Source: Paramecium tetraurelia | Taxonomy: Eukaryota | Length of the DNA: 64,000 nucleotides | Assembly: GCA_000165425.1 (NCBI GenBank) | Contig: CT868042.1 | Span: 124,001 to 188,000 of the forward strand | Reading direction: 5' to 3' | Notes under the pieces: model-generated | The model's database searches: none | Seen by the model: only the letters and a program-made list of their open reading frames with translations | Told to the model about the DNA's origin: nothing | Part shown: piece by piece, positions 27,586 through 43,647 of the stretch | Layout: the number at the start of each line of letters is the position of its first letter | How positions within the stretch are numbered: position 1 is the first letter of the stretch | Program-made: the position numbers and the translations under genes

Positions 27586-28199
27586 AATTATCTTTAACTT
27601 TTCACTATCTATGTATAAAATCTTATAAAATCTTATTCTGTAATTTCTTTGCCATCCCCAGAAATCACCTTCATAATTTCATTCAAGTCTTCCTCTTTGA
27701 GATGGTAGTGATCCAACTCTTAAGCCAGTCTCTTTAGGTCTTCCAAATTGATTGCTCCTTTCGCAGTTAGAGTTGTAAACAATTGTTTTAATTATTCCTC
27801 TTGTTGTGCCTCGCCCTATAATAATTGCTCGTCATATTTACAATGCACTGCAAATAAATCTTCAAAAAATTGATAAAGTTTAGGTCCTCATCAACCTGAA
27901 CCATTTTTGATAATACATTCGAAAATAAAGTTGATTCTTCATTCACTCTCAAAAGAGTATTTTAGGCTTCAACATCTTTTGTCTGCATATCACGTAAATA
28001 TCATACTCTTATTGTAAATGTACGCTGACTAGCAAATAAAAGAAATAAATCCATCATTTAGTTGACTTGGGTCTCTGTTAATCGTTACAAATCCTTCTCC
28101 TTTTTCCAACTCTTCACTTGATCATCCCTATACTTTTATAGTTCTATTTATTTTACTAAATATGATACCCTAAGGAGTTGCTTTCTTATAAATTAACAT
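27582..28199 (-). CDS. Divergent centrin/EF-hand-like protein (180 aa), 3 introns
   Basis: LTETQVNQMMDLF, LNFINFL, GAINLEDLKRLAQEL, ISGDGKEITEQDF; introns 25+24+26 nt give 543 nt. Confidence 0.75.
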
Positions 28200-28279
28200 T
28201 TAATAAAAATATCTAATTTTTATACATATTGTAATTCAACTATCCTCGTCATTTATCACACTATCATTTACAGTTAATA

Positions 28280-29200
28280 TATGAATATTATAAAATGGAA
28301 GAGCAATTAATGAAGTTAAGAAAGAGATTTTGATAAAAAATTTAATTATGCACAGGTTTATCGCAAAAATATGATATGATTTTTAGATCTATTATAAAAA
28401 TCAATCATAATTTCTGTTATTTATATACAAGAATTAATACTTGTTGAATTTATTACAAATTCTGCATATAATTAGGTATTTTTGTAATAAGGTAAAAATT
28501 CATCTTTGATCAGAAGGTTATTTACCATAAATATATTCTTCTAAATAGACAATAATCAAATTCAATAATTAATTTCTTTAAATAATAGAAATGGATTAAA
28601 GTATATTATTATTTCTAGGAATAGTATTGACAATTTATACAATTATTCTTAGTTGCTTATTTAGATAAAGCCTAGTTATATGGAATAGTAACTGTAACTA
28701 TTAGAAATACTAGTCATTAAATTGAGTGAATATATAGGCTAACTTGCAGTACAAATTTTGACATATTGCTGTTATAATAAATTAGTATTTGTAATATCAA
28801 CTTTGGGTCATAATGGATATAACAATATCTTCTAAATGGCAGCTAGTGGTTAGTGGATAATTTAATGTCAATTTGTCACTTAAGTACATTTATCCCAGCA
28901 TTAATTTATATTCTTGATATGGCACTTACATTACTGATGATGTAAATTGTGCTGATCTGGTCAAAAGAATTGGAATAGGAATTTAGCTCTATCTTTGTCT
29001 TTTAGTTACAATAAGCATATCGTTTTAAACAAATAATAAAGTATAATTATTAAATACAAAATTCAGGAATGACCAAAGCTTAATTTAATCTAATTAAGAT
29101 TAGAGATATCTGCGTATTAGCTAAATAAAGTAATTGGAAAGGAAATATTAGTAAATTTGAATAAAAAACTTAAAAAATTGCATAAGCCTAAGAAAAGTAG
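28280..29200 (+). pseudogene. Possible decayed membrane-protein gene remnant (approximate)
   Basis: Hydrophobic coding-like fragments with stops; no consistent ATG-TGA model. Confidence 0.25.
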
Positions 29201-29511
29201 CATTAATTATTGAAGAATAAATTTTAATATCATCATCATCTTTTAATGAATAATAAAATAAAATTAATTTATTATTAAGTTTAATTAATTAATCTATTAG
29301 GATATTTTTTATAATCAGGAAATAAAATTTTTGTTATTTTAGTTTTTTCCATTTATTTTCTTTTACACTTACTCAAATTTACATTCATTATTAAACTAGA
29401 AATTACAATTTTATAAATAAAACTAAAATTAATAATTTTATATTTGAATTTAAAGAGGATTTTAGAGAAATAATGACATTATATAATATATAAATATTAA
29501 AAATCAATTAA

Positions 29512-30332
29512 TCAATCCAATTTTTTTGTCACAGCAGCTAAAAAATATTTTTTTTAAGATTAAGACATAGGAAAGCGTCTTGAAGAACGTGCAGTTTCTA
29601 CAAGATTTATCATTTTATTAGGAGACATAGCTTATTTTTAAGGAGTTTCATATTCACTTCCATCATCAAATTGCACATTTTTTGATGTCATTAATTCATT
29701 AAACTCCTTGAGTAATATTTGCATAATATTTTTCATTTTGTTTAAGTACTTTTATTTTTTTTATTTTACTTTTTATTTTTCATCTTATAGGAGTTCAGCA
29801 GTTTTAGAATAATGTTTGTGAATTTTTGGTGCCTCCTAATAAAATTTAACTAATTAATTAAGTTCATTGTGATTCAAAGAAGGTAATTCATTTTAGATTG
29901 TTAATTTGAATGGATCAAGTTCGTTATTCATGTTTTATTGAAATTAAGTGCAATTATCTTATACTTTCGTCATATCACTGTCAATTTGAGACTTTAAATC
30001 GCTTTTGATGGATGAGAATCTTGACTTAATGCAATCAATGCAATTTTCTAATTCAAAATCTATTTGACTATCCAAGTCCCTTTAAGGAGAGCCTGTCACT
30101 TTTTGGAATTCAATTTATGAAATTTATTCGATAGATTGGCTTACCTGCTCCTTAAATTGAGTAGTGGTTTTTCTAATATGAGTTATATGATCATCAAGAA
30201 AACAATCAGCACAACCTTAATTAAATTACAAGAAATACCTATTTTTTTTGGAACACAACAAGTGGGATCCACACATATATATTTTAGACGTTAAGAATCG
30301 TGATTGGGATTTTAGCAAACAGAGATATCCAT
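29512..30332 (-). CDS. B-box-like zinc finger plus coiled-coil protein, one intron
   Basis: CQNPNH...ICVDPTC...GCADCFLDDHITH followed by a helical region; ends AAVTKKLD-TGA. Confidence 0.75.
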
Positions 30333-31184
30333 TAATTTTAATATAGTAATCACGCGCCAATATATTCGCGGTAATTATATTCAAATTGAGTATTTTTCAT
30401 CCAATCAAATAAAACCCGAGCTGTCTTACATATTGCTGATATTCTTCTCACAAATTTAGTGTAATAATCCATCAAGCTAGTGAATCAGGATATGTTCCAC
30501 GTTTAAAGCATAATCTAGAGTTCTATTAGGTAAAAGGATGCGATTAGAGAATTTATAAAAATTAATTAAAATACAAGTGATTTTTAACCTATAAATTTAA
30601 TTACACCATTTAATGATCATTTATAATTTTATATGAAGAACTGTCAAAATCTCAAATCTTAATTTAAATTATTATAGGTTTTGTTTCTAAAACATCGTAA
30701 TAACTATTTCGTTAGTATTAAATTCTTATAAATTATGCATTTTGATGACTTTGTTTAATTCAACTTGATAATGCCATATACTTATAGATTAAAAGAATAT
30801 AGTGATATTTTTTTCGCTGTGAATTCTTATTTTCTTTAATACTATCTGTTTCTATTAATAGTAGAAAGAAATGAAGTTGCTAAAATTGAAATGTTTATAA
30901 TAATTATAAAAATGATGATGGGTTCCAAGCAAGGGAAGTGATAATTCCATTAGAGATTAGACAAGATGTTCAATTTATTCATTTTAGTAGGATTATTGAT
31001 TACCTAACAAACGAGTAGAGAAATTTTGAAAGTCTACCTATTTTGATTGGAATCATAGATGTATATAATCAATAATGAAATTTAATAAAAAGTAATGAGT
31101 ATACTATATTTTATTTTAAAGTAAAGGTCAATTTGTCGAAATTAGAAAAATGTTGTTTTCATTAATTGATACATCTATATTTAC

Positions 31185-33827
<2,643 letters not shown>

Positions 33828-33876
33828 ATTAAAATAAAAATTATATTTTTATATGTTTATTTAATGTAATATTGTA

Positions 33877-34511
33877 TCAATAGACGTTTCCTTCAAAGGT
33901 TTGTTTGAACCATTCTACAGCCTCCTTTTTAGTCACTCTTTATTGTGTGCCCAATCTTGAATTTCTTGATTTTCTTTGAGCCACTCTCAATCCTGGTCTA
34001 GACAACACAACATAGAAGTCCATACCGAAAATACCTATTGGTTGTACTCTAATAGAATACCTGTGTATGGATCATATTTCAATCCCAAATCAATGTGTTC
34101 TTGAATACCAAATCCGAAGTTTCCTGATTCAGAAAAGTTTCTCTTCTTCAATTCCATTTCCTTCACTCTTAAACCTCTAACAAGAATGTCTCTAGCTTAA
34201 TCGCCTCTAATGGTGCAATAGACAGAGATTTTTTCATTTCTTCTAATACCGAATGATCTCACTGTATATCTTGCTTTGCCAAAAACAGGCTTTTATCCTG
34301 TAAGATCCTCCAAGACTTTAGCAGCCTTAGTCAATTTATCGCCTGATTCACCTGCGCAAATATGAACCATCAATTTATCAATTCTTATTTTTCTCATAAC
34401 ATTCTCCTTGGTTTCTTATGGTTTAGCAACTTTTGTCTAAGCAGCAGTTTGTGGCTTAGCATCAGTTTTAGTCTATGCTCCCTTTCCTCCCTTTTAAGCC
34501 TACTAAGACAT
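33877..34511 (-). CDS. RPL11: 60S ribosomal protein L11 (uL5), one intron
   Basis: [12 protein letters not shown]...[15 protein letters not shown]...[10 protein letters not shown]...[31 protein letters not shown]. Confidence 0.97.
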
Positions 34512-34658
34512 CTTATTTCCTCAAATTAAATTAAAAAAAATCTTTATATTTAAAATACACTAACGACCAAGATATCAAATACAATATATATATATACATT
34601 GCTTTATTCTCTCTTATATTAATATATGTACTATTTTGTTTATACTGTAATAAATTCA

Positions 34659-35555
34659 TCATTCTTATGGTTATTAGGTGACTTCCTTGTCGATTTGTCC
34701 TTATTTGATAAGATTTAAAGCGCTTTAGTCTTCAGCTTGACCGTGTCTTCTGACTTGAGCTTTGTTTCTGTTGGCATCTTCATAGAATTCTCTCAATTTT
34801 TGAGCTAACAAATTAGGGGGACATCATTACCATCAACCTTGGGTCTCTTAACCAACTTCACTTTTCTTAATGTAATGTTTTAGAGTGGGAAGATAGTTCT
34901 TGTGGCCTTTGCGATTTCCTTTGAAAGGATTTCTTGATTGAAGAAACCAAGTAATGTGGTGATGCTTTTCTTGGAGACCTCTCTGAGAACGATCTCAGAA
35001 ATCTTCTTTCTGATGTCCTTGATTTGACTTCTTTAAGCATATGTGGTTTTTCTTTATTGATTTTTGATGCTCTTGGTGAATGCAATGATAAAGATTCTTA
35101 AGATATATCCATCTGATGATCTGGCTTCAACTTAAGTCTAATTGAAAATTATGAATTTAAAAGTACCTCAATCAAAGTTTATCGCTTTTTAATCATTCCA
35201 AAGATCTTATCCTTTGTTGAATCAAGGCCATAGAAAGAAGTTCTGCATCTTGTGCCTTCAACATCATCAATAATTAATTTGACTTTTCTCCATGCCATTT
35301 GATCTGATTGCCCTTGAAGATCAGCCAAGGATGCTTCAACCACACGTCCTTTGATGGCTTCAGTGGCCACGACTAAAGGCTTTATTATGATTAAGTACCT
35401 GTTCCTGCAGATTTATTGATGCAAGTATAGCCAAATCCACCAGCGCTGAAGGGGACTGGGGCTGTTAATTCAAACCATTCCTTTCTTGCCAATGGGTCGA
35501 TGGTTTTCTTTTATCCCTTCTTCTTTCCTAATTTCTTATTCTTTCCTTGAGTCAT
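34659..35555 (-). CDS. RPS3A: 40S ribosomal protein S3a (eS1), 3 introns, tandem TGATGA stop
   Basis: MTQGKNKKLGKKKGQKKTIDPLARKEWF...KGRVVEASLADL...IFPLQNITLRKVKLLKRPK. Confidence 0.97.
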
Positions 35556-35645
35556 GCAAAAAGATTTTGATTTTTTTTAATTTTTTCAAAAATTTATTAC
35601 ATGCGCATAGAAGCATTCCTAATATATATAATTAAATTTAATTAA

Positions 35646-36459
35646 ATGAATTCCTCCTCAATCCAAACTGAAATAGGTAGGTACACAGACATCAATCACA
35701 TATTCGAGACTGTTCAGAAGAGAGGCTATCTCACACAATTGACCACATTTTTGGAGGAAGTCTTTACAAACGAAATCAACTTTGCATCTCAAAGTAATAT
35801 CACATTTGCATCATTCCAATAGGACTCAAAGAAGTGATCAGTGCCATGCAAAGACAAGGATAGAAGGTCGAATACTCAATTCAATTAAATCGAAATATAC
35901 AAATTTTTAAGAGCAATTTTGATTTAATTTTAACTGCTACATCCAACAATGTCTGGAATCAAATAGTTAATTCGATGAATCTCATCTCCGATGAAACATT
36001 CCAACTCACCTACAACAAATCCGAAATCATCTCCCCAGTTTCCAGAAAAATCGACAGACAATCAGAACCTGATCTTAAAAAAATGACCATGAGTCAATCC
36101 TATGTGAGCAGATCCCCCAGCAAAATTTCAACTATCAAACAACAACAAACAATTCCCTTGAGTGAGATGTCCATCCAAATGAGAGGATCTCCAACCACCT
36201 TCAATAAAGCAAAAAGACAATTAGATAATAGTTTAACAACAAGCTCTCCAGGAGTAGGCAGGTATCGAACCGAAGTGGCTGAAAAACGTAAGCTTTCCTC
36301 TTTAAACTTCTAGATATAAGAGAGACCTCACCCATTGCCACCATAGGAAAATCAGCAAAAATTAGTTGGATTGATGAAAAACTGTAAAAAGAAGATGCTC
36401 AATCCCCAGGACCCATATATAATCCAGTAAAAACATTCTGTTCTAAACGTGTTAAATGA
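35646..36459 (+). CDS. Protein with SHIPPO/PGP-like repeats (probable axonemal or cytoskeletal), 2 introns
   Basis: SSPGVGRY and QSPGPIYNP motifs; ends FCSKRVK-TGA. Confidence 0.65.
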
Positions 36460-36494
36460 TTGGTTCATATTCATAATCATAATCAACAATCAAG

Positions 36495-38319
36495 TCATCC
36501 CCATAATTCTTTCACAAATATCTTTTGTTCTTCTAATTCATTCACTTTTCTATAGGCCAAATAAGGCATCACTTTCCTAACCTATTTAAACATATTCTCT
36601 ATGGCAATCTAGACATCTCTACCCATCTAAGTAGATCCACATACATAGATAACACCACCAGATTCTAACAATTAATTCAAGAATTCGACATCCAAAAAAT
36701 TTGTTATTCTAATCTATTTTATATTAACTTCTATAATTACTTGTTGTCCCTCTCTTGAAAACGCAACCTTCAATTGATTTAATGTGCCATTCTTTTCATA
36801 TTCCTCTAATTCTTCCTTAAATAGGTAATCACTCATGGTTTTGCAACCAAAGAATAATGTCATTGGACCTTTAAATGGACTCTAATCTAATCTGTTTTGC
36901 TCTATGAATTCATCCTTTTCTTAAATAAAAGCTCTCATTGGAGCCAATCCAGCACCAATTCCTAATAATAAAATTGGAGCCTATGGGTTTTGAGGCATTA
37001 AAAATGCTGAGTCCTATAAGAAACATTTTATCTCCTATCCAACCTTTACATTTCTTAGGAATTATGAACACAATCCCAACTAAGTATATAATATAATATT
37101 TTACCCTCTCTTTATTTATTAATAGTTCACTTGCTATGATCTCAATCTTATTTGGATTTTTTAATGGACTTGATGCAATTGTAAAGTATCTAGGAGATAT
37201 CAAAGGACACAATTCAATCAATTATTACAATGATATGTTTCTAATATTGTACTTTTTCACAAGATTGAAAAAACATTATCTTGTTTATAAATAATTTGTA
37301 TCATATTCTTCTCTTCCTTTATGAGATGAAACAAACTTGAGCTCCTCCTTTGCTTATTGATCATCAACCAATTATGAAAGGGTGTATAATTATTTTTTAG
37401 TAATAGGTCCCAAAAAGTCACAATACTTCTTCAAATAATTATGAACACTAATTGGAGTTGGAAATGGGTGATTTCCTTTGGTCTCAATTTAAAAAATATA
37501 TTTTGGATCCAAATTAAATATAGTACAAATTTCTTAGATATATTCTTCACTGTTCTCTGGATATATTCCAATATTTTAAGCTGCTTTGTATGGAATATTT
37601 TATGATTCTAAACTTAAATACAATGTTGAATTTCCAGGACTTGGAGCCTTTCGTAATTCTTTAATTTCAATAATCTTAAGGGAGTGTGAATCTTTGTACT
37701 TCTATGCTTAAAATGACAAGGTTTCTCCAACTAAAACATCTGTGTTATCAAATTCCTTTATTTTGTAAATTGAACTTTGAACTTAATTCGCAGGCACAGT
37801 TACCAATGGAGACAAGGCTTCTAGTGCTGTAAATAACCCACTTTCGACCCAGACAGAGTAATCATTATCAGTAGTCTCATCACAAGAATTACCTTTTCCT
37901 AATTAGAAAATTCTTGTTGCTCCAAGTTCTTCTAATCTTGCATCCGTCTTCAATCCCATTCCACAAAAGTGTTCATGTTTTGTATTTCCCAAAGCAAATA
38001 CAGTAAAATGTACTCCCTATAATTCATTTTATTTCCTATCCTTGGACTGAAGCCAATTATTAAAGTCTATGGCGTCACTAGTAGGTCCCCCCACTCCATA
38101 AGTAGAAACAAAGAAAATATTGAGTCTCGTTTGAATAAACACATCAGGATTGAACTCTTTTAAGTTGAATACTAAATTTGGATATACTAATGTACCCTTT
38201 GGGATAAATTTGTGTTGGGTGGCTTCATCTGCGAACTGGAAGGCGAGACGTGACGAATTTCCAGATGTAGTACCATAGTACACATTGATAATTTCTCTGG
38301 TATCAATTGTTTATTGCAT
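36495..38319 (-). CDS. Diflavin NADPH reductase (cytochrome P450 reductase/NDOR1 family)
   Basis: [66 protein letters not shown]-terminal ELWG. Confidence 0.92.
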
Positions 38320-38441
38320 TTTTAATAAATAAATAAATTTGTACGTACAATATTATGAGTATTTATATACTCAACATATTGATATCATTTTATTTATAAC
38401 ACATAATTAATTATCACAAATAATTAATAAAATTGTTTAAT

Positions 38442-39472
38442 TCATTTTTGTTATTTTTTTGTTTAAAATAGTTTTTAATTAGAAACATCAATAATATCAG
38501 CATTGGTGTTAATCAGGTATTTTTAGAGCAGAGTACTTGGACAAGATTGATTTTTTGATCTTAAAGATTTCTGTGCATCAATTGAATCAGTATACAATTG
38601 ATTGAGCTTTAACTCTGTATAAGAAACAAAAGATTCTTGCTCCTAAAGTCTCTATCTTTCTGTATTGCAATAGTCTGATTCTAACAACAAAGGCTATGTT
38701 TTTTATGATTTCATTATTTTGATTGAAGCCCCTTTGAAATAGTTTTTTTGGAATAAATTTTAAACCTTATAATGTTACTACAATAAGATCATTAACATAC
38801 TTTAACTGCTGACTGTTGTTAGTGATATTCTTATTGTTTTAATTGTTGTTTGATTTAATTTTCTAAATATTGAAATTTTTTATTATCGTCTGTGAGTCTC
38901 AAGAACCTCTCCTTCTATAAGTAATTGAGTTCCTTATTTTTCTCCAGGAATACAAAAACTTCCCTCTTTATTTAAGATTCTGCTTGCATAGGATCCTTCT
39001 CAGTAAAGAACCTGGATACTTTTCTAGACTTAGGCAATTAATTCTCCTGTATTCTTGTGTCATCAGCCTTTGTAGACTGTGTAGCAACACTCCTATTAAT
39101 AGTATGATGATGCTTGTTTCCAATTTAGCAATACCTGAGAACAGTCTTACACTCCTTCTTGATTTCTGGTTTTTTATTCTTTTCTCCACCGAGCAATTGC
39201 ATAACCATTTCCAATCTCTATTGTTTTTATTACTGTTCTTGATCACTTTTCTTCTTTTTGTATTTGTATAGCATTTTTTTAAAGATGTGTGCGTATTTTT
39301 ACAATTTTGCAACATCCTCAGATTTCGCAATTTATTCTCTTCTGTCAATTACATCGTCAATTAATTTAATCCGTTGTTGATAGCTGTTCAATCCCTCAAC
39401 TGCATGCTTAATTTGAGTTCGAGAGAAAACATCTGAAATTTTATTATAAGTTTTCGAGATCTGACATTTCAT
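38442..39472 (-). CDS. Hypothetical K/Q-rich protein, probably one 23-nt intron
   Basis: MKCQISKTYNKISDVFSRTQIKHAVEG...; 1031-23=1008 nt. Confidence 0.6.
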
Positions 39473-39586
39473 ACTGAATCTGTTATAAATATTATAATAA
39501 ATTTTGACAGAATACTTTAAGTTTAAATGAAACTAAGCAAAATTAATATTTATTAGTATAATCAAACTTGAAGTTATTATAAATCA

Positions 39587-41986
39587 TCAATCTCTCTGCT
39601 ATTTCTACTATTTAGGGGATGGATTTTTGTGCTACCTGTTGTAATGTGTTGAATTTAATGATATTGTTTTAATTAAGTTCTATAATATATATGATTAGAT
39701 ATTTACGCTGTTTTTGGTTATGGAGTAGGCTAGACAGTTTCCTGTTAAATTTTGATCCACTTCTCTTTAGCTGCATCTAGCGTCACAGGATTACGACGAT
39801 CATAATCATCATAGAAAGTTAAGAATTTCTCATCATATGATTCCAATGTGGCATTGTCAATACCCAAATCCACTATACATCCGCATATTTTCGAAATTGG
39901 GATGAAATAATGCAATGTTGACAATCCCAGTTACAACCATGTTAGAATGTGAACTTTATCGTAGTTCACCCATTCCCAGAAAGTGCATCCTAACTAAATA
40001 ATTAATTTAAGCTATTACAGAAAACAATAATAGAATTAATTCGATATAAAAATCGATCATTGCCTCAGCCATTGCACTCCCAGTTGGAGCAGGCTTAGAA
40101 TCTCTTCTTATCAACAAGTACTTTTCTGTCCAATAGATACAAACTATTGAGAGAAAAGTAAAGCAAACTCCTAATGGCAATAAGGCTGCATATAAAAAAG
40201 TAAACAAAAGGGTTTTACACAATTTAGCATATTTCTATGATAAATCAATTGTGGGTCCTTCGAAAGCTCTAAAAATAGATTAATAAATTACTGATTAGCT
40301 TCATTTTAAGTATACTTGCAATTCTCTCCTTACTTAATAATTTTGCGTCTGACATATAACTTATAAAAATAGTTGACATCTAATAATAGAGTCAACCAAG
40401 GCATTATAGAATTAGTAATGAAAATCAACATCACATCTGAATTGAGTCCTCCTGTTTACCAAATAGCTTGATCTAATGACACAATATCCTCCTGTATAAA
40501 GAGATTAATAATCAAGGTCAAGATGGCAGTATTCAGAAATTAAGCCACTCCCATCTTATAAGCCACACTAACATTATAATCTGTTCTAGTGGCTTGCTAT
40601 TCCAATTCAGCAAACTTTATAATCATCTTGGCCAACACTACATTTATAATTGAGATCAAAATTGATGATGCAAACCCAAGAAGAGTAATAATGGCTGCTT
40701 CTGCTGCTGAACCTTTAGAGATATGCTTGTTAATAATATTTTATGCATAAGACAATCCAACTAATAATCCAAATCCAATTGCTAAAAGAAAGAGAGTCAT
40801 GGCATTTGTTATCAAGGTTCTCTTATACTATTCTTTGATTGTAATTCCAAGATTACCCCATATGATATCACCAGGTTCAGGCGCTTTCCTTACAAAAAGG
40901 TTATTGTTTCTGAATTTCTTGAACTCATTCTATTCAAAACCCAGTTAATCTAACAAGATTTGAAATCTTGTAGATTTGAATGTCTTGCAAACATTGTCAG
41001 CTTATTTCTCGTAATTATATGTGATGATGCATATTCCACTGAAATCGAAAATAGTAGCTCTATGATCTTCCATATAATCTAATTCCTTTGAAATTTTATC
41101 TATTTCTTAAACTAATTGAACTCTTGGTGGTATTGATTTTGGTATTTATTTTCCTTCTGCTTCCAATTCAAGTACTTTGGTGAGCACCGTTTCTTTGAGT
41201 TATTTTTACTTATTTAGTTTCAAATACGGTTAAATTTCATAAGCAATGCAAAGTTTTCTAAATTCGACAGTTTCATTTTGAAAGGGCTAAGAAAAGTATT
41301 CTTAAATTTCAGGTTCTTTCGCATCTCTTGGGATATTCTCAACTATTATTGAAAAATCAGATGCTAAAATGGCTGCATCATCCAATTCCATTGCTATTTT
41401 GCTTATGTGTCTTCTGTAAAACAGAGTCAAAAAAAGTATCACCACTTGGGATATAAAATTGAGAATGCTTCGAGCTTCATCCAATTCTCTAAGGAAATTA
41501 TAAAGATATATATACTCATGGTCATTTGTCAATGAAAATTAGTTGAAAAAATCAGTTTTACATTTATCAGCAATACTACTCTTTATTTGACTGCATCTTT
41601 GCCCTTGATAATTCGCATAAATATCGTATCCGCAACTTATGGCTCTAATATATTGCAATTAATTAAATGTACATATAGGCAAATACGATAACTCCCGAAA
41701 AAACTAAGAAATCAAAATACAACGCTATCCCTGATCCGTTGAAACTGAATTCATTTCTTGATGAGCATAACGGAATTTCTTCAATGATTGCTGGTAATCC
41801 ACAACATGGACACACATTTGTTTTATCAAGGTCAATATTTGGATCAGTCTTGGCAAATTTTGTAGCTGCAGCATGCATCATAGCAATCTTAATCTTTGGA
41901 GGCCTCTGAAAGTCATCATAAATTGCTTCCATTTGTTATTCCTCATTTTGCTAAACACCGATTACTTAAAGAACTTAATTCAACAT
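39587..41986 (-). CDS. OSCA/TMEM63 (CSC1)-like multi-pass ion channel, several introns
   Basis: CPCCG, GSGIALYFDF, ASDFSIIVENIP, KAPEPGDIIWGNL, YWTEKYLLIRR; about 10 hydrophobic segments. Confidence 0.85.
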
Positions 41987-42049
41987 ATAAAAAATATCAA
42001 ATTCTTATTCTTTATTATTTGTGTCTTTAAATTATAAATTCAGATACAA

Positions 42050-43600
42050 TAAATTAATACGATTAAATCTGAAATATCTAAAGGCAGAACATCTCAAATT
42101 CATAAGATATTTCAAAAAAATGTGATAACTCTTTTATCATATCGCTTTTATTAGAATTATTTGAATTTAAAATCAAATCAAATAATGTGCTTCTTAGAGA
42201 ATTTCGTTCTAAATATAGTTCCATATTGTTGTCTGACAGATTTTAATTTGATAAAGTTTGTAATACTATTTAAGTTTGCAATAACCCATATTCACTATGC
42301 TATTTCTATGTAAATAAGAATATTCCAATAAAAAGAGGCTTGTCAAAAAATTCATAGTTTGACTGAGAAATTGCTTGGAACAAAATAAAATTTTATAGAG
42401 AAAATATTTTTTATGTAAATATTTGAAGTTATCTCTTCCTTTTTGATGCGGATTACTTCACCCCTTTAAATCTCAACATACTTACTATCCATATAATCAA
42501 TTGTATTAGTTATATTAATTCTACTCTTTTGGGTTTTTATTTCAGTCAATTTCTGAGGTTTTCTTTCTACTCTTAAATTAATCAATTATACTTTACATAA
42601 TTACTGATTCAGAACAGATCTATGATTGTCAATAAATAGCAGCGTGATACTTATGTTTAATATAATAATATATATAAAATAATGTGTTATTTTTCTAAAA
42701 ATAGATGTTAAGTTGGAAATTTCAAAGCAACTAAAGCTATGGGGAAATCATAAATATTGAAATAGTGTTATTTATTTTATTATTTCATTTAATCACATAT
42801 CTAAACCATCTTCAGCTGCAATTCTTTCAATATTATATATATAAAATAATTTATATTTTTATGCAAGTTACATTTTTGTTTATATTTAAATGTTGCATTT
42901 AAAATTCATTAATAATTAAACATCTTCTTTTATTAAGATAGCCTTTCTGTAAGGATAGAATTAACTTAAAATGCATTACCAATAATTTACATAGACTAAT
43001 ATTCTAATCACAATTGAATTTTGAATTTGTATATATTTATATTAATTTGAAACAGATTCAACTATCTCGCATTATGCAATATATTCTGGCAATCCATTTA
43101 TATTGTATGAATTTTGACATATAATACTTATTATGATTAATTTATTATTATTACAGTACTGTTTATTATTATTTATATTTATATGTAAATAATTTTGGTC
43201 TAGATAGCTCTTACTTAAGTTTAGATCAAATAAATGATATTTTCTTAAATATCAATGGCAGTATCACATATATCAATAACATTTAAATAAATTATTTCTT
43301 TAAAATAATTCTAAACAATAATCCTCAGTGGTAAAAAGTAGATTATTTTGATACGGTTATCAATGATGTATATTAAATAACACATATAAAATCTGACAAG
43401 TGTCTCAATTTCACAGGATTTTCAGAAAACCCTTTTATAAGATAGCCAATAAATAATCATTTACCTGGATGATTTTGATTGTTGACTAATTCTCATATAA
43501 TTAAGCAATTGCTTCTGTGATATCACTAATTACACCTAATTACTTAAGAACCATAATAATATAGAGGTTAATGTTTTAAAAAGTTTTTAACAATTCTGGG
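42050..43600. pseudogene. Long AT-rich gap containing coding-like fragments (likely decayed genes)
   Basis: 1.6 kb without an intact model; fragments such as NNFGLDSSYLSLDQINDIFLNINGSITYI (+) are bounded by TGA. Confidence 0.25.
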
Positions 43601-43647
43601 AACCATCTAATTATTCATAATAAGTGGAAATAATTAAAAATAAAAAA

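Noticed and set aside
30870..31080. ATGATGA as a snoRNA box C, and a short open frame NDDGFQAREVIIPLEIR
   Set aside because: No matching CTGA box D or terminal stem nearby; the frame lacks a start, so at most a remnant.
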